Program-made: the position numbers and the translations under genes | Shown here: positions 10,141 to 18,805 of the stretch, piece by piece | How the letters are laid out: every line of letters starts with the position of its first letter | Position numbering within the stretch: position 1 is the stretch's first letter | NCBI GenBank assembly: GCA_003243975.1 | Contig: QHBJ01000018.1 | Location: forward strand, 37,507-101,506 | DNA: 64,000 bases | Direction: 5' to 3' | From: Vulcanimicrobiota bacterium | Lineage (GTDB): Bacteria > Vulcanimicrobiota > Vulcanimicrobiia > Vulcanimicrobiales > Vulcanimicrobiaceae | The notes under the pieces: model-generated | The model's input: the letters and a program-made list of their open reading frames with translations, nothing else | Database searches by the model: none | Told to the model about the DNA's origin: nothing

Positions 10141-10602
10141 CTAACGCGCGCCGCGCAAGCAGGTATCGACGTTGGTGATCGTTTTACCACCCGAGCGCAC
10201 CGTTGCGTGCAGCCTGTACTCCGTCGCCGAGATGCGATCGAACGTTTCCGCGATGCTTGCGTCGGGGTAGACGCTGCGGTAGGCGATATGGTTCGGATCG
10301 CTGCCGGCCGCGCGCATGATCGTGGCGGTTCCGTGGTCGTCGAGAACGATCGCCGTCCAGCCGCTGCGCTGCGCGTCATACGCCAGTAACTCTTCGTCGC
10401 CGCCACCCGCCCACGAAGCGACCTGCCGCAACGTGTGCCCGTCGCGATCGTAAGCGTACGTGGCATGGTACGCCATGCGTATCGCTCCCGCGCGGTACGT
10501 GCAGTTCCACGTACCGGTGAGATAGTGCAGCCCGGCGAGCGGGGCCGCCGTCGCCGGCAACGCCGCAGCAAGCACAAGTGACGCGAGCATCACAACGAGC
10601 AC
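10141..10602 (-). CDS. secreted hypothetical protein
   Basis: N-terminal signal peptide MLVVMLASLVLAAALPATAAP. No recognisable domain. Confidence 0.4.
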   Translation of the reverse strand: MLVVMLASLVLAAALPATAAPLAGLHYLTGTWNCTYRAGAIRMAYHATYAYDRDGHTLRQVASWAGGGDEELLAYDAQRSGWTAIVLDDHGTATIMRAAGSDPNHIAYRSVYPDASIAETFDRISATEYRLHATVRSGGKTITNVDTCLRGAR

Positions 10603-10615
10603 TTCGCAGGCACGT

Positions 10616-12691
10616 TCACGGCCTGAGGTAGCGGTTCAACCAATCGTTGAGGATATGCAAGCGCTCGACGCGGTGAATTGGGGCGCCGGTTCGCGAGAGA
10701 TCGTGGTTTTCGCCCGGAAACTCCACATAGTGAACCGTCCGACCCAGGATTTTAAGTGCGGTGAACTCTTGCAGCGTTTGATCTTCGGGCGTGCGAATGT
10801 CTTGCGTACTGTGCAAGATGAGCAGTGGCGTGCGAACCCGGGTGACGTACGTGATAGGAGACTGTTCCGCTAGTTTGTTGCCCGCATCCCAGGGATTTCC
10901 CCATGAGTAGTTCCCGCCCAGTGCGTTCTCCGAAGCGAGATCGGCAACGGTCTGTTCCGTCATCAGATTACTCACCACGCGTTCGGCTATGGCCGTTTTG
11001 AAACGGTCGGTGTGCGAAATCACCCAGAGCGTCGCGTAGCCGCCGTAGCTGCCGCCCAGAACTCCCAAGCGGTTCACATCTACGTCAGGGCGTTTGGCGA
11101 CCTCATCCATTACCGCCATCTCGTCCTCGAACATCGCATTGCCCCAATCTTTGGCCAACGCTTCTTGGAAAGGATACCCGAAGCCGACGCTGCCGCGCGG
11201 ATCGGCAAAGACGACATTGTAACCCTGTCCCGCCCAGTATTGAAGTTCGTGAAAGAACGAATTGACGAACTGTGTTTGTGGTCCACCGTGAATATTCAGC
11301 AGTGTCGGCCGGACGCCATGCGCTCTCGGGCCTACGGCCGGCATAAACCAGGCGTGGACTTCGAAGCCGGCACGGTCTCTTACGATGACGGGCGTTGGAT
11401 TCGAGAGAGTTACCGATTTGATGTAGGCGTCGTTGAATGCCGTCAAACGGCGCGGGGCACTGCCAGCGGCGGACGCGACGTAGACTTCAGCCGGATGCGT
11501 GAAGTCGCTAAATGCGTACGCGATCGTCGTTGCATCGCGGGAGGCGCTGCAGTCGTAGGCTTCACCGTTGCCGGCAGTCACCTTCGTGATCGCACCGGTT
11601 CGTAGATTCACGCGTGCGATGTCGACGTAGCCCGGACCATTCACGCTGGTAATGGCGTAGGCATCGTCCGGAGAGAACTGCCAGCACGAACCTCCGCCTT
11701 CTTTGGTATCGGTAAGCGATGCATCGCCGAAGCTTACCGTATTCTTGGGAATCAGTTCGCGCCTGTCGGACCCGTCGGGATTGCTCGAGGCCAGCGCCTC
11801 GTACTCGGCCGGATCCTGAATACCGCCGGTAAAGTACCAGAGCCGCCCAGACGTATGTCCGAACGCGGGGCCATCATTCGCAAGATTGGGAGACGTCAAC
11901 AAGCGCATTGGGCCGCCTGAAGCGGCGATCGCATAAATATCGCTTTCGCCAAGATTCGGTGTGTCGCGCCGCAAGGAGTTGAACGCAATTGTCTTGTCGT
12001 CCGGCGACCAGGAAGCCCCGTCCTCACTCCATTGATTTCCCTCGGTGAGGGCGCGCGGATGCGAACCGTCGGCGTTCATGATCCAAATATGGCGGTGAAA
12101 GCGATAGATCTCGCCCGCCCCATTTGCGCGATAATGAATGGTATCGATTTGGGCGACGTCGCTCTTGAGCTGGCTCTTCTTTGGCGTAAATCCGGCTGCT
12201 CGAAAATCGATTTGCGCCGCCGCGGGCGGTTCCATCGAGGTGGCGGAGAAGGCAATAACCCTTCCATCATTGGAGTACACCGGGCCGCCGGCCCCGCCTT
12301 TCAGAGCGGTTAACTTGCGGATGCGGCCGCGCGCCAGATCATACCGGTAAATCTGCGGGCGCTCTTTGGCAGCGCCGCGGACGAATACGAACGCGGAGCT
12401 GTTCGGTGCCCAGACGGGGTTACTGTCGCGCCCGCCGGTGCTCAGGCGGCGCGTTCGGGACGTGGAAACGTTCACGAGCCATATATTGCTGTCGTAGCGG
12501 TTTTCCGGGCCGTTCAGCGCCGAGACGACGAAGACGACGTTCTTTCCATCAGGCGATATCTGCACCGCCGAAACGTATGACATTTTGAAGAGATCTTCGG
12601 CCGCTACCGGCCTTGCATCCACTTGGGCCCAAGGCGAGAAGACGGCCACAGCCGCCACCACGAACACGGAAAGAACGAAACGCAGCCTCAT
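10616..12691 (-). CDS. S9 family serine peptidase (prolyl oligopeptidase / acylaminoacyl peptidase type) with N-terminal beta-propeller
   Basis: Signal peptide, TolB-like propeller repeats, and a catalytic nucleophile elbow GGSYGGY followed by an alpha/beta-hydrolase C-terminus (HSTQDIRTPEDQ). Confidence 0.85.
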   Translation of the reverse strand: MRLRFVLSVFVVAAVAVFSPWAQVDARPVAAEDLFKMSYVSAVQISPDGKNVVFVVSALNGPENRYDSNIWLVNVSTSRTRRLSTGGRDSNPVWAPNSSAFVFVRGAAKERPQIYRYDLARGRIRKLTALKGGAGGPVYSNDGRVIAFSATSMEPPAAAQIDFRAAGFTPKKSQLKSDVAQIDTIHYRANGAGEIYRFHRHIWIMNADGSHPRALTEGNQWSEDGASWSPDDKTIAFNSLRRDTPNLGESDIYAIAASGGPMRLLTSPNLANDGPAFGHTSGRLWYFTGGIQDPAEYEALASSNPDGSDRRELIPKNTVSFGDASLTDTKEGGGSCWQFSPDDAYAITSVNGPGYVDIARVNLRTGAITKVTAGNGEAYDCSASRDATTIAYAFSDFTHPAEVYVASAAGSAPRRLTAFNDAYIKSVTLSNPTPVIVRDRAGFEVHAWFMPAVGPRAHGVRPTLLNIHGGPQTQFVNSFFHELQYWAGQGYNVVFADPRGSVGFGYPFQEALAKDWGNAMFEDEMAVMDEVAKRPDVDVNRLGVLGGSYGGYATLWVISHTDRFKTAIAERVVSNLMTEQTVADLASENALGGNYSWGNPWDAGNKLAEQSPITYVTRVRTPLLILHSTQDIRTPEDQTLQEFTALKILGRTVHYVEFPGENHDLSRTGAPIHRVERLHILNDWLNRYLRP

Positions 12692-12723
12692 CGTGCTCAG
12701 CTACGACGAAGCCCGTGGAGAAC

Positions 12724-13725
12724 CTAGGTGCGCAGGAAGAGGGCCACGCAAAAGCGGTGCTGCGCATCGAACCACGTCTTCTTCAGCGCAAAGCCCGAGG
12801 CCGCACCGAGCGCGCCAAGGTCCGGGACAGAGAATTTGTACGAGGACTCGGTGTGGATGCGGTCTCCCGCATCGAAGTCTAACTCCATATCCAGGGTTGC
12901 AATCCGCACCCGCTGCGCTCGGCGCGATCCTAAGAATGAATCCACGACACCCCGCCCGGGATCGTAGCGCGCCACATGGTCGAACTGTTGCAAATCGAAG
13001 TCTCCGTCGAACTCGCGGTTGATGCGCCCGAGCAGATTTTTGTTGAAAGCAGCCGTAACGCCGGTCGGGTCATTATACGCAAGTTCCAGAGCTTCTGGGT
13101 TTTTCTTGAGATCGGCTCCCAATAACAAACCATCACCGGTGCGCAGCGTCGCGGCAAGCGCCAACAGTAATTCGCGCGCACGCACGGGTTCGTAGTTGCC
13201 GATATTGGATCCCAGAAGAAGCGCCAGCACCGGATGCTTGAGCGAAATGTCACCGGTGCCGAGAACCGCAAAGTAGTCCGCAGCGTAGGCGGTAATCGAG
13301 AGATTGGGGAAGGCTGAAACCAGTCGGCTTGCGGACTCGTGCAGCGCCTCCGGAGAAATGTCGATCGGGCAGTAACGCAGCCAGCGCTGGACCCGCAAGG
13401 TCTCTTCGATCAGCAATCTGGTCTTGACCGCGCTTCCGCTGCCGAGCTCCAAGATTTCGAATGGAGCGTCTAGAGCGCGCACGATTTCCCAGCCATATTC
13501 GCGCAGTATCTCCGTCTCGGCGCGCGTGAGATAGTATTCGGGAAGGCGCGTGATTGCCTCGAACAGCGTCGAGCCCAAGTCGTCGTAGAAGTATCTTGGG
13601 GAAAGCCAGCGCGGCAGCGCCTGCAAACCATGCCGAACGTCTTCTGCAAAGGACGCAACGTGGACGGGCTGCGAGGCGGTCAGAATCTCCAAACGGTCGG
13701 AGATTCGGTTCGCGAGCGCGCTCAT
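12724..13725 (-). CDS. egtD: EgtD-like L-histidine N-alpha-methyltransferase (SAM-dependent; hercynine synthase family)
   Basis: Hallmark EgtD motifs: YFYDDLGSTLFEAITRLPEYYLTRAE and ILELGSGSAVKTRLL (SAM binding). No egtB, egtC or egtE in the window. Confidence 0.75.
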   Translation of the reverse strand: MSALANRISDRLEILTASQPVHVASFAEDVRHGLQALPRWLSPRYFYDDLGSTLFEAITRLPEYYLTRAETEILREYGWEIVRALDAPFEILELGSGSAVKTRLLIEETLRVQRWLRYCPIDISPEALHESASRLVSAFPNLSITAYAADYFAVLGTGDISLKHPVLALLLGSNIGNYEPVRARELLLALAATLRTGDGLLLGADLKKNPEALELAYNDPTGVTAAFNKNLLGRINREFDGDFDLQQFDHVARYDPGRGVVDSFLGSRRAQRVRIATLDMELDFDAGDRIHTESSYKFSVPDLGALGAASGFALKKTWFDAQHRFCVALFLRT

Positions 13726-13799
13726 ATGGCTCCCCTTCTACCCAATTGAGCCCGAGGTAAGCGGCCAGCCGAAACGAATCTCGCCCGCTGGAGGAGCAG

Positions 13800-14564
13800 A
13801 TGAGCGTACAAACTTCTGAGTTCAGCATCCCCGTCGATGGTTCGCAGATGCCGGCATACCTCGCGCGTCCCGATCCCGCTTCGGGCCCGCATCCGGCGGT
13901 AATCGTGCTTCAGGAAATCTTCGGCGTGAACAAGGAAGTACGGCGCATTGCAGATCTCTTGGCGAGCGCCGGCTATACCGGCCTTGCCATCAATTACTAT
14001 CACAGAACGCATCCGCAACTCAACGAGCCATACGACCCGGAAGGGATGGAGCGGGGTTTCGCCGCGGCGTCAAAGGTTTCGAGAGAAACGCTGCGCGCCG
14101 ACGTTGCGGCCGCGATCGCATGGTTGGATGCACAAGACTTCGTCAAAGCAGGCAGGATCGCCAGCTGGGGATTCTGCTTCGGTGGCGCGGTCGCTTTTGT
14201 TACCGCCACGCTGCCCGATCTGGCCGGCGCGATTTGCTTTTACGGAGGCAGCATCGCGGCGCCATTTCCAAACGGCGAACCCGAAGGGCTGGCCGACGCG
14301 TCACAAATTCGCGCTTCGCTTCTGCTGGCATACGGCGAAGAAGACCAGTGGATTACTGCCGAGCAAATCGAGCGCACGCGCGACGCGCTGCAGTCGGCAG
14401 GTAAGAATTTTCAAATTCAAGTCTATCCGAGGGTGGGGCATGCTTTCTTTCGCGACAGCAGCGAATCCATGGATCCTGAGCGTCCCCAGGACACCCAGCA
14501 TGCGGCCGTCGTAGCCGATGCGTGGAATCTCGTGCAGGCCTTTCTTAAGAAGGTTTTCGCGTAA
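13800..14564 (+). CDS. dienelactone hydrolase family protein
   Basis: PAVIVLQEIFGVN, a nucleophile elbow (SWGFCFGG) and a C-terminal catalytic His region (RVGHAF). Confidence 0.8.
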   Translation: MSVQTSEFSIPVDGSQMPAYLARPDPASGPHPAVIVLQEIFGVNKEVRRIADLLASAGYTGLAINYYHRTHPQLNEPYDPEGMERGFAAASKVSRETLRADVAAAIAWLDAQDFVKAGRIASWGFCFGGAVAFVTATLPDLAGAICFYGGSIAAPFPNGEPEGLADASQIRASLLLAYGEEDQWITAEQIERTRDALQSAGKNFQIQVYPRVGHAFFRDSSESMDPERPQDTQHAAVVADAWNLVQAFLKKVFA

Positions 14565-15222
14565 GTTTTTCTTCGGAGAGTATCCGCGCCCACCGCTCGT
14601 ACACGTAAGTAATGTATTGTTGGGTTTCCTCAAAAGGGGGCACCCCCGCGTAGCGGCGTACTGCATCAGGCCCCGCGTTGTATGCGGCCAACGCAGTAGC
14701 GTAGGGATCGGCGTACCCTCCATACGCGCGAACGTATGCGGCGATCAGTGCCGCCGAGCCGTCGATCGCGCCACGCACGTCGAATGGGTTTACGCCTTGC
14801 GACGCGGCGGTGTCGAGCGTGAATTGTCCAATGCCCACCGCGCCCGCCGAAGAGAGCGCGTCGGGATCGAAGGCACTCTCCTGTAAGAGCATCGCGCAGA
14901 AGAACTCGGGATCCAGCATCTGGCGACGGGCCGCGGCGATAGCATAATCCGCCAGATACAGCGCGTCGATCGCGCTTATCCGTGGGTTGACGCGCGCGAT
15001 CGCGTGGCCGACCGCCAGATTGGCGTGCGCAAAGGGCCGCCCGTCGCGCAAGAGCGTGAGGCCCGCGAGGGTTTGGGTATAGGCAGGGTGACGCCAGCTT
15101 GAGGCGTTATTAACAAGCATGTCGATCTGCGGTTGCGTCTGCGAACGCCGGCCGGCATCATCGGAGGTCGAGGGAGTGCATGCGCACAGGGCAGCGGCCG
15201 CAGCGGCGATCGCCGCGTACAT
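14545..15222 (-). CDS. lytic transglycosylase (SLT domain) lipoprotein
   Basis: Lipobox AALCACT and SLT catalytic motif (LLQESAFDPDALSSAGAVGIGQF). Start chosen at MYAAIAAAA; the ORF extends to 15252. Confidence 0.75.
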   Translation of the reverse strand: MYAAIAAAAAALCACTPSTSDDAGRRSQTQPQIDMLVNNASSWRHPAYTQTLAGLTLLRDGRPFAHANLAVGHAIARVNPRISAIDALYLADYAIAAARRQMLDPEFFCAMLLQESAFDPDALSSAGAVGIGQFTLDTAASQGVNPFDVRGAIDGSAALIAAYVRAYGGYADPYATALAAYNAGPDAVRRYAGVPPFEETQQYITYVYERWARILSEEKLTRKPS

Positions 15223-15239
15223 GCCAAGGCGCCGATAAC

Positions 15240-15785
15240 ATGGTTCTCTCATCGATGGGCTACGGTGCCGTAGCCGCGCTCATCGTGTTGGTGGCCGGCG
15301 ATTTCGCTTCCACATTCTTTTATCACGTTCCACAGCATCTTTGGTTCACACTGCACTTGCGAACGCATCACGACCGGCGCCGTTCTTATTGGGATCACGC
15401 GGTTCTCTCCAAAGATCCCAGCATTCTGCTCGACGGCTTTTTAGGTGCGCTCCCCTATCTCATCATCGCCGCATGCACGCTCCGGCTTTCGCTGGGCGGC
15501 GCGGTCGTCGGCCTGGTGCTGGGACAGATGCACGTATGGTGGCGGCACAGTACCGACCTCGGCTGGCGCACGCCGCCGGGCCTGGCCTCGCTTCTGCGGC
15601 CACTGGCCATCGTACTACCCGAGGATCATGACGGGCATCACCGCAATCCCGACATCGAGTTTGGCGACATCTTCCGATTCTACGATGCGCCCGCGCGCTT
15701 CGTCATTGCCAAACTTTCGCCAACCAGCCGCAAGAATAGAAACCGCAGTATCCGGCGCGTCGCACGGCAACCGGTTCGCATCTAG
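15240..15785 (+). CDS. fatty acid hydroxylase / sterol desaturase superfamily membrane protein (His-box enzyme)
   Basis: Three His boxes (HLRTHH, HVWWRH, HDGHH) in a roughly 180-aa polytopic membrane protein. Directly upstream of a glycolipid synthase. Confidence 0.5.
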   Translation: MVLSSMGYGAVAALIVLVAGDFASTFFYHVPQHLWFTLHLRTHHDRRRSYWDHAVLSKDPSILLDGFLGALPYLIIAACTLRLSLGGAVVGLVLGQMHVWWRHSTDLGWRTPPGLASLLRPLAIVLPEDHDGHHRNPDIEFGDIFRFYDAPARFVIAKLSPTSRKNRNRSIRRVARQPVRI

Positions 15786-15791
15786 GCGGAT

Positions 15792-16979
15792 GTGAAGCGC
15801 GCCCTCTTCCTGATTTCCGATACCGGAGGCGGCCACCGCAGCGCATCGAATGCGATCACCGCGGCTCTCGATGAACTCACGCAACCTTTTCGATTCGAAC
15901 ATCGCATCGACGATGTCGCCGCGCACTCTTCGTTTCCGCTGACGCAACTCGGGCGGGCCTATAGCACGGCTCTGCGCTACGCGCCGCCGGTGTATGGGGC
16001 GCTGTACTACGCAACCAACGGGCGCCGCCGGTACAAGGCCCTCGTGCGGTTCTGCGAGCCGCTCTATCGCGAACGGCTGCGCGATCTCTTCTTGGCCTAT
16101 CGTCCGGATGTCATCGTTTCGGTGCACCCATTGCTCAATCACGCGGCTTTACGGGCACGCTCGGATGCAAAACTCACGCACATTCCGCTGGTGACGGTAA
16201 TTACCGACCTGGGCAAGGTTCACGAGTCTTGGCTCATGCCCGAGGCCGATGTGGTCGTGGTGCCCGCCCGTGAGGTCTACGATCGGGCGCTCTCGCGGGG
16301 CGTTTCGCCCGCGCGCCTTCGCATGCTCGGCCAACCGATTCACCCGAAGTTCGAAGATGTCAACGAGACGAAGGAGCGCTTGCGCGAAGAGCTTCGGCTG
16401 CCGATCGATCGGTTCGTCACGCTGCTGATGGCCGGAGGCGAAGGGGGCGGCAAGCTGCTCACGACGACGCTCGCGCTTGCGCGCGCGGGACTCGACACGC
16501 ACTATGTAGTCGTGTGCGGCCGCAACACGACGCTGCAAGCCAAGCTCGAAGAAATGTCGCGCCGCCTCGACGCCTCGATCACCGTTTACGGTTACACCGA
16601 CAAGATTCCGGCACTCATGCGAGCTGCCGACCTACTGGTGACCAAAGCAGGCCCGGGTTCGCTGGCCGAAGCGAACGTCGCGCAGGTTCCGCTGGTGATT
16701 TACGATTACGTCCCCGGGCAAGAGCGCGGCAACGTCGATTTCGTGCGCAAGAATGGCATAGGCGTGGTAGCGCTCTCGACGCCGCTGGTGGTGCGCGCCG
16801 TGCGCCAATTGCTACAGAGTCCCGGACGCTTGGATCAAATGCGCAAACGCCAAGCATTTGTTGCGCCGCGCTCCAGTTCGCGCCGCATCGCGCGGCTGAT
16901 TTCGCAGATTACGCAGGACGGAACCATTCCGCAGGACGGCGCATTGCTCGCGCCACTAGCTGCCGCAGCCTCCCTCTAA
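15792..16979 (+). CDS. MGDG-synthase-like glycosyltransferase (GT28; diacylglycerol glycosyltransferase)
   Basis: N-terminal LISDTGGGHRSAS motif typical of monogalactosyl/monoglucosyl-diacylglycerol synthases; C-terminal GT-B domain (VTKAGPGSLAEA). Confidence 0.75.
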   Translation: MKRALFLISDTGGGHRSASNAITAALDELTQPFRFEHRIDDVAAHSSFPLTQLGRAYSTALRYAPPVYGALYYATNGRRRYKALVRFCEPLYRERLRDLFLAYRPDVIVSVHPLLNHAALRARSDAKLTHIPLVTVITDLGKVHESWLMPEADVVVVPAREVYDRALSRGVSPARLRMLGQPIHPKFEDVNETKERLREELRLPIDRFVTLLMAGGEGGGKLLTTTLALARAGLDTHYVVVCGRNTTLQAKLEEMSRRLDASITVYGYTDKIPALMRAADLLVTKAGPGSLAEANVAQVPLVIYDYVPGQERGNVDFVRKNGIGVVALSTPLVVRAVRQLLQSPGRLDQMRKRQAFVAPRSSSRRIARLISQITQDGTIPQDGALLAPLAAAASL

Positions 16980-16987
16980 AAAGAGGT

Positions 16988-17956
16988 TCATTTGCTAGTC
17001 GAAGCCTGAGTTGTCAGCCCTCCCCGAAAGGCCATGGTCGCCGCGCCGATAGCGCCGGCGTCGTTGCCCAGCGTCGCGATCGCGATACGTGTCGTACCGC
17101 GCGGAACCATGGTCGTGAGTTCATCAACGCGGCCGCGCACGGCCTCGAGCATGAAATCCCCCGCGCTGCTGACCCCACCGCCGAGGGCGATCAGTTCGGG
17201 ATTGACGAACGCAATGATGTTGGCAAGCCCGGTGGCCAAATCGTCGGCGAAGCGTTTCCAAGCGGCAACGGCGTGTCCATCACCCGCTTGCGCCGCTTTG
17301 CGGATAGCTTTCGAGCCGAGCTTATCCCGCGTCTTATCCAGCAGCGTGCTTCGCGGAAACGACGGCGCCACCGCAAAGGCATGACGGATCAGCGCGGTAC
17401 CCGAGGCCTGCGCTTCGAAACAGCCGATCTTGCCGCAGTTGCAAATGAACCCGTCGGTCGGGCGGATTTGATGATGGCCGATTTCGCCGGCACCGGCAGC
17501 GTTGCCCAGTACCAAGTGGCCTTCTGAAACGATCCCGCCGCCGATTCCGGTACCGATGGTCAGCAGGGCGAAGTTTTTTGTCCCCTTGCCAGTTCCGTAG
17601 GTATATTCGCCCAACGTCGCGCATCGCGCGTCGTTGCCAACGAAAACCGGCTGATCGAAGTGAGCGCGCAGGCGTTCCCCCAGCGGCACGCCCGTCCACT
17701 GAAAATTGGGTGAATACAGAATGGTTCCGGAGCGCGGCTCGATATTTCCCGGCGATCCGATGCCGATGCCAGCAACCGACTTGCCTTTCGCGGCACTCAA
17801 CGCTTGGTCGATCGTATTCTCCACGGCCTGGACGACCTTGTCGACAGCGTGGTCGGTGATATCTTCTGAAGCCCGGTCGAGGATCTCGCCCTCTTCGGTG
17901 ATGACGGCCGCCATAACGTGCGAGCCACCCAAATCCACGCCAATCGCTTTTCGCAT
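16988..17956 (-). CDS. glcK: ROK family glucokinase
   Basis: ROK motifs: DLGGSHVMAAV, a Cys-rich zinc motif (CNCGKIGCFEAQASG) and the ExGH-like GAGEIGH. Confidence 0.85.
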   Translation of the reverse strand: MRKAIGVDLGGSHVMAAVITEEGEILDRASEDITDHAVDKVVQAVENTIDQALSAAKGKSVAGIGIGSPGNIEPRSGTILYSPNFQWTGVPLGERLRAHFDQPVFVGNDARCATLGEYTYGTGKGTKNFALLTIGTGIGGGIVSEGHLVLGNAAGAGEIGHHQIRPTDGFICNCGKIGCFEAQASGTALIRHAFAVAPSFPRSTLLDKTRDKLGSKAIRKAAQAGDGHAVAAWKRFADDLATGLANIIAFVNPELIALGGGVSSAGDFMLEAVRGRVDELTTMVPRGTTRIAIATLGNDAGAIGAATMAFRGGLTTQASTSK

Positions 17957-17988
17957 GTCCGCTATTTCTGAGCGCTGCGGGAACGGCC

Positions 17989-18771
17989 TTGCAAAAAACG
18001 AATTTTGGGAGCGTCATGAAAACCAACGCCAGCAACGCCATGCACGCCGCGCCCTCGGCCAAGCCGCAAGAAGATCCGAAGGCGCCGATTGCGACGATCG
18101 ACCTGGTCAATCTTCGAAACTATACGCGCGAGACCGGTCAGCCGACGCACCCGGAGATGCTCGACACGGCCCCGATGGAGCACGTCAAAGAGATCGAGAT
18201 CACCGAAGAACATATCACCATTAAGTACAACGAGCGCATCTCGCGCACGTATAACACAAACGAAATTACACACAAGGAGTGGGAATACAAATACAACGAC
18301 GATGCGGAGATGGTCCGCGCAGTTGCGCGCGTCATCGATCTGGCGCGGCGGCACCTCAAAGATTTGCCCGAGAATGTGGCGTGCCCACCCGGCTGTGCCG
18401 AATGCTGCAGCGGATACGAGCCCTTCGTGAGCCGCGCGGACGTACAGCGCATCGCCGATCACTTCGGTATGGCCTTCAACGACGTGCTTACCCAACACGT
18501 CGTACAGCGCAAGAGCGCGGACGGCCATTATTTGGGATACTTGAAGAAGATTACGCCCGAAATCGAATCGCAATGCGTATTTCTAAAAGGAACCAAGTCG
18601 GGCCGGTACTACTGCGGCATTTACTCTGCCCGGCCAAGCGACTGCCGAGAATTCACGCCCATCGGCTGTGAAGACGTCGACGCCTCGCTGCCGCGTGCCG
18701 GGAGCTTTCCGGTAGGGCCGCCATTCGTTCCTCGTCATCCACGCGGAATGCGCAACGGCCGCCTTCGCTAG
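17989..18771 (+). CDS. YkgJ-family zinc/iron-chelating cysteine-cluster protein (UPF0153)
   Basis: CPPGCAECCSGY (CxxCxxCC) plus downstream CVFL...YYCGIY...CREF cysteines. Confidence 0.55.
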   Translation: MQKTNFGSVMKTNASNAMHAAPSAKPQEDPKAPIATIDLVNLRNYTRETGQPTHPEMLDTAPMEHVKEIEITEEHITIKYNERISRTYNTNEITHKEWEYKYNDDAEMVRAVARVIDLARRHLKDLPENVACPPGCAECCSGYEPFVSRADVQRIADHFGMAFNDVLTQHVVQRKSADGHYLGYLKKITPEIESQCVFLKGTKSGRYYCGIYSARPSDCREFTPIGCEDVDASLPRAGSFPVGPPFVPRHPRGMRNGRLR

Positions 18772-18805
18772 TTCGCGCACGGCGCGCCGCGTTCTCATCG
18801 CTGCG

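Noticed and set aside
9942-10577. 211-aa ORF (minus strand) overlapping the opu permease gene and the secreted protein gene
   Set aside because: Its composition is Arg/Ala-dominated and it overlaps two better-supported genes.
16973-16987. CCTC-TAAAA-GAGG mini-hairpin between the convergent MGDG-synthase and ROK genes
   Set aside because: The stem is only 4 bp and there is no U-tract, so it is too weak to call a terminator.
17334-18110. 258-aa minus-strand ORF rich in Arg/Gly
   Set aside because: It is a shadow frame of the ROK kinase gene and the YkgJ start region.
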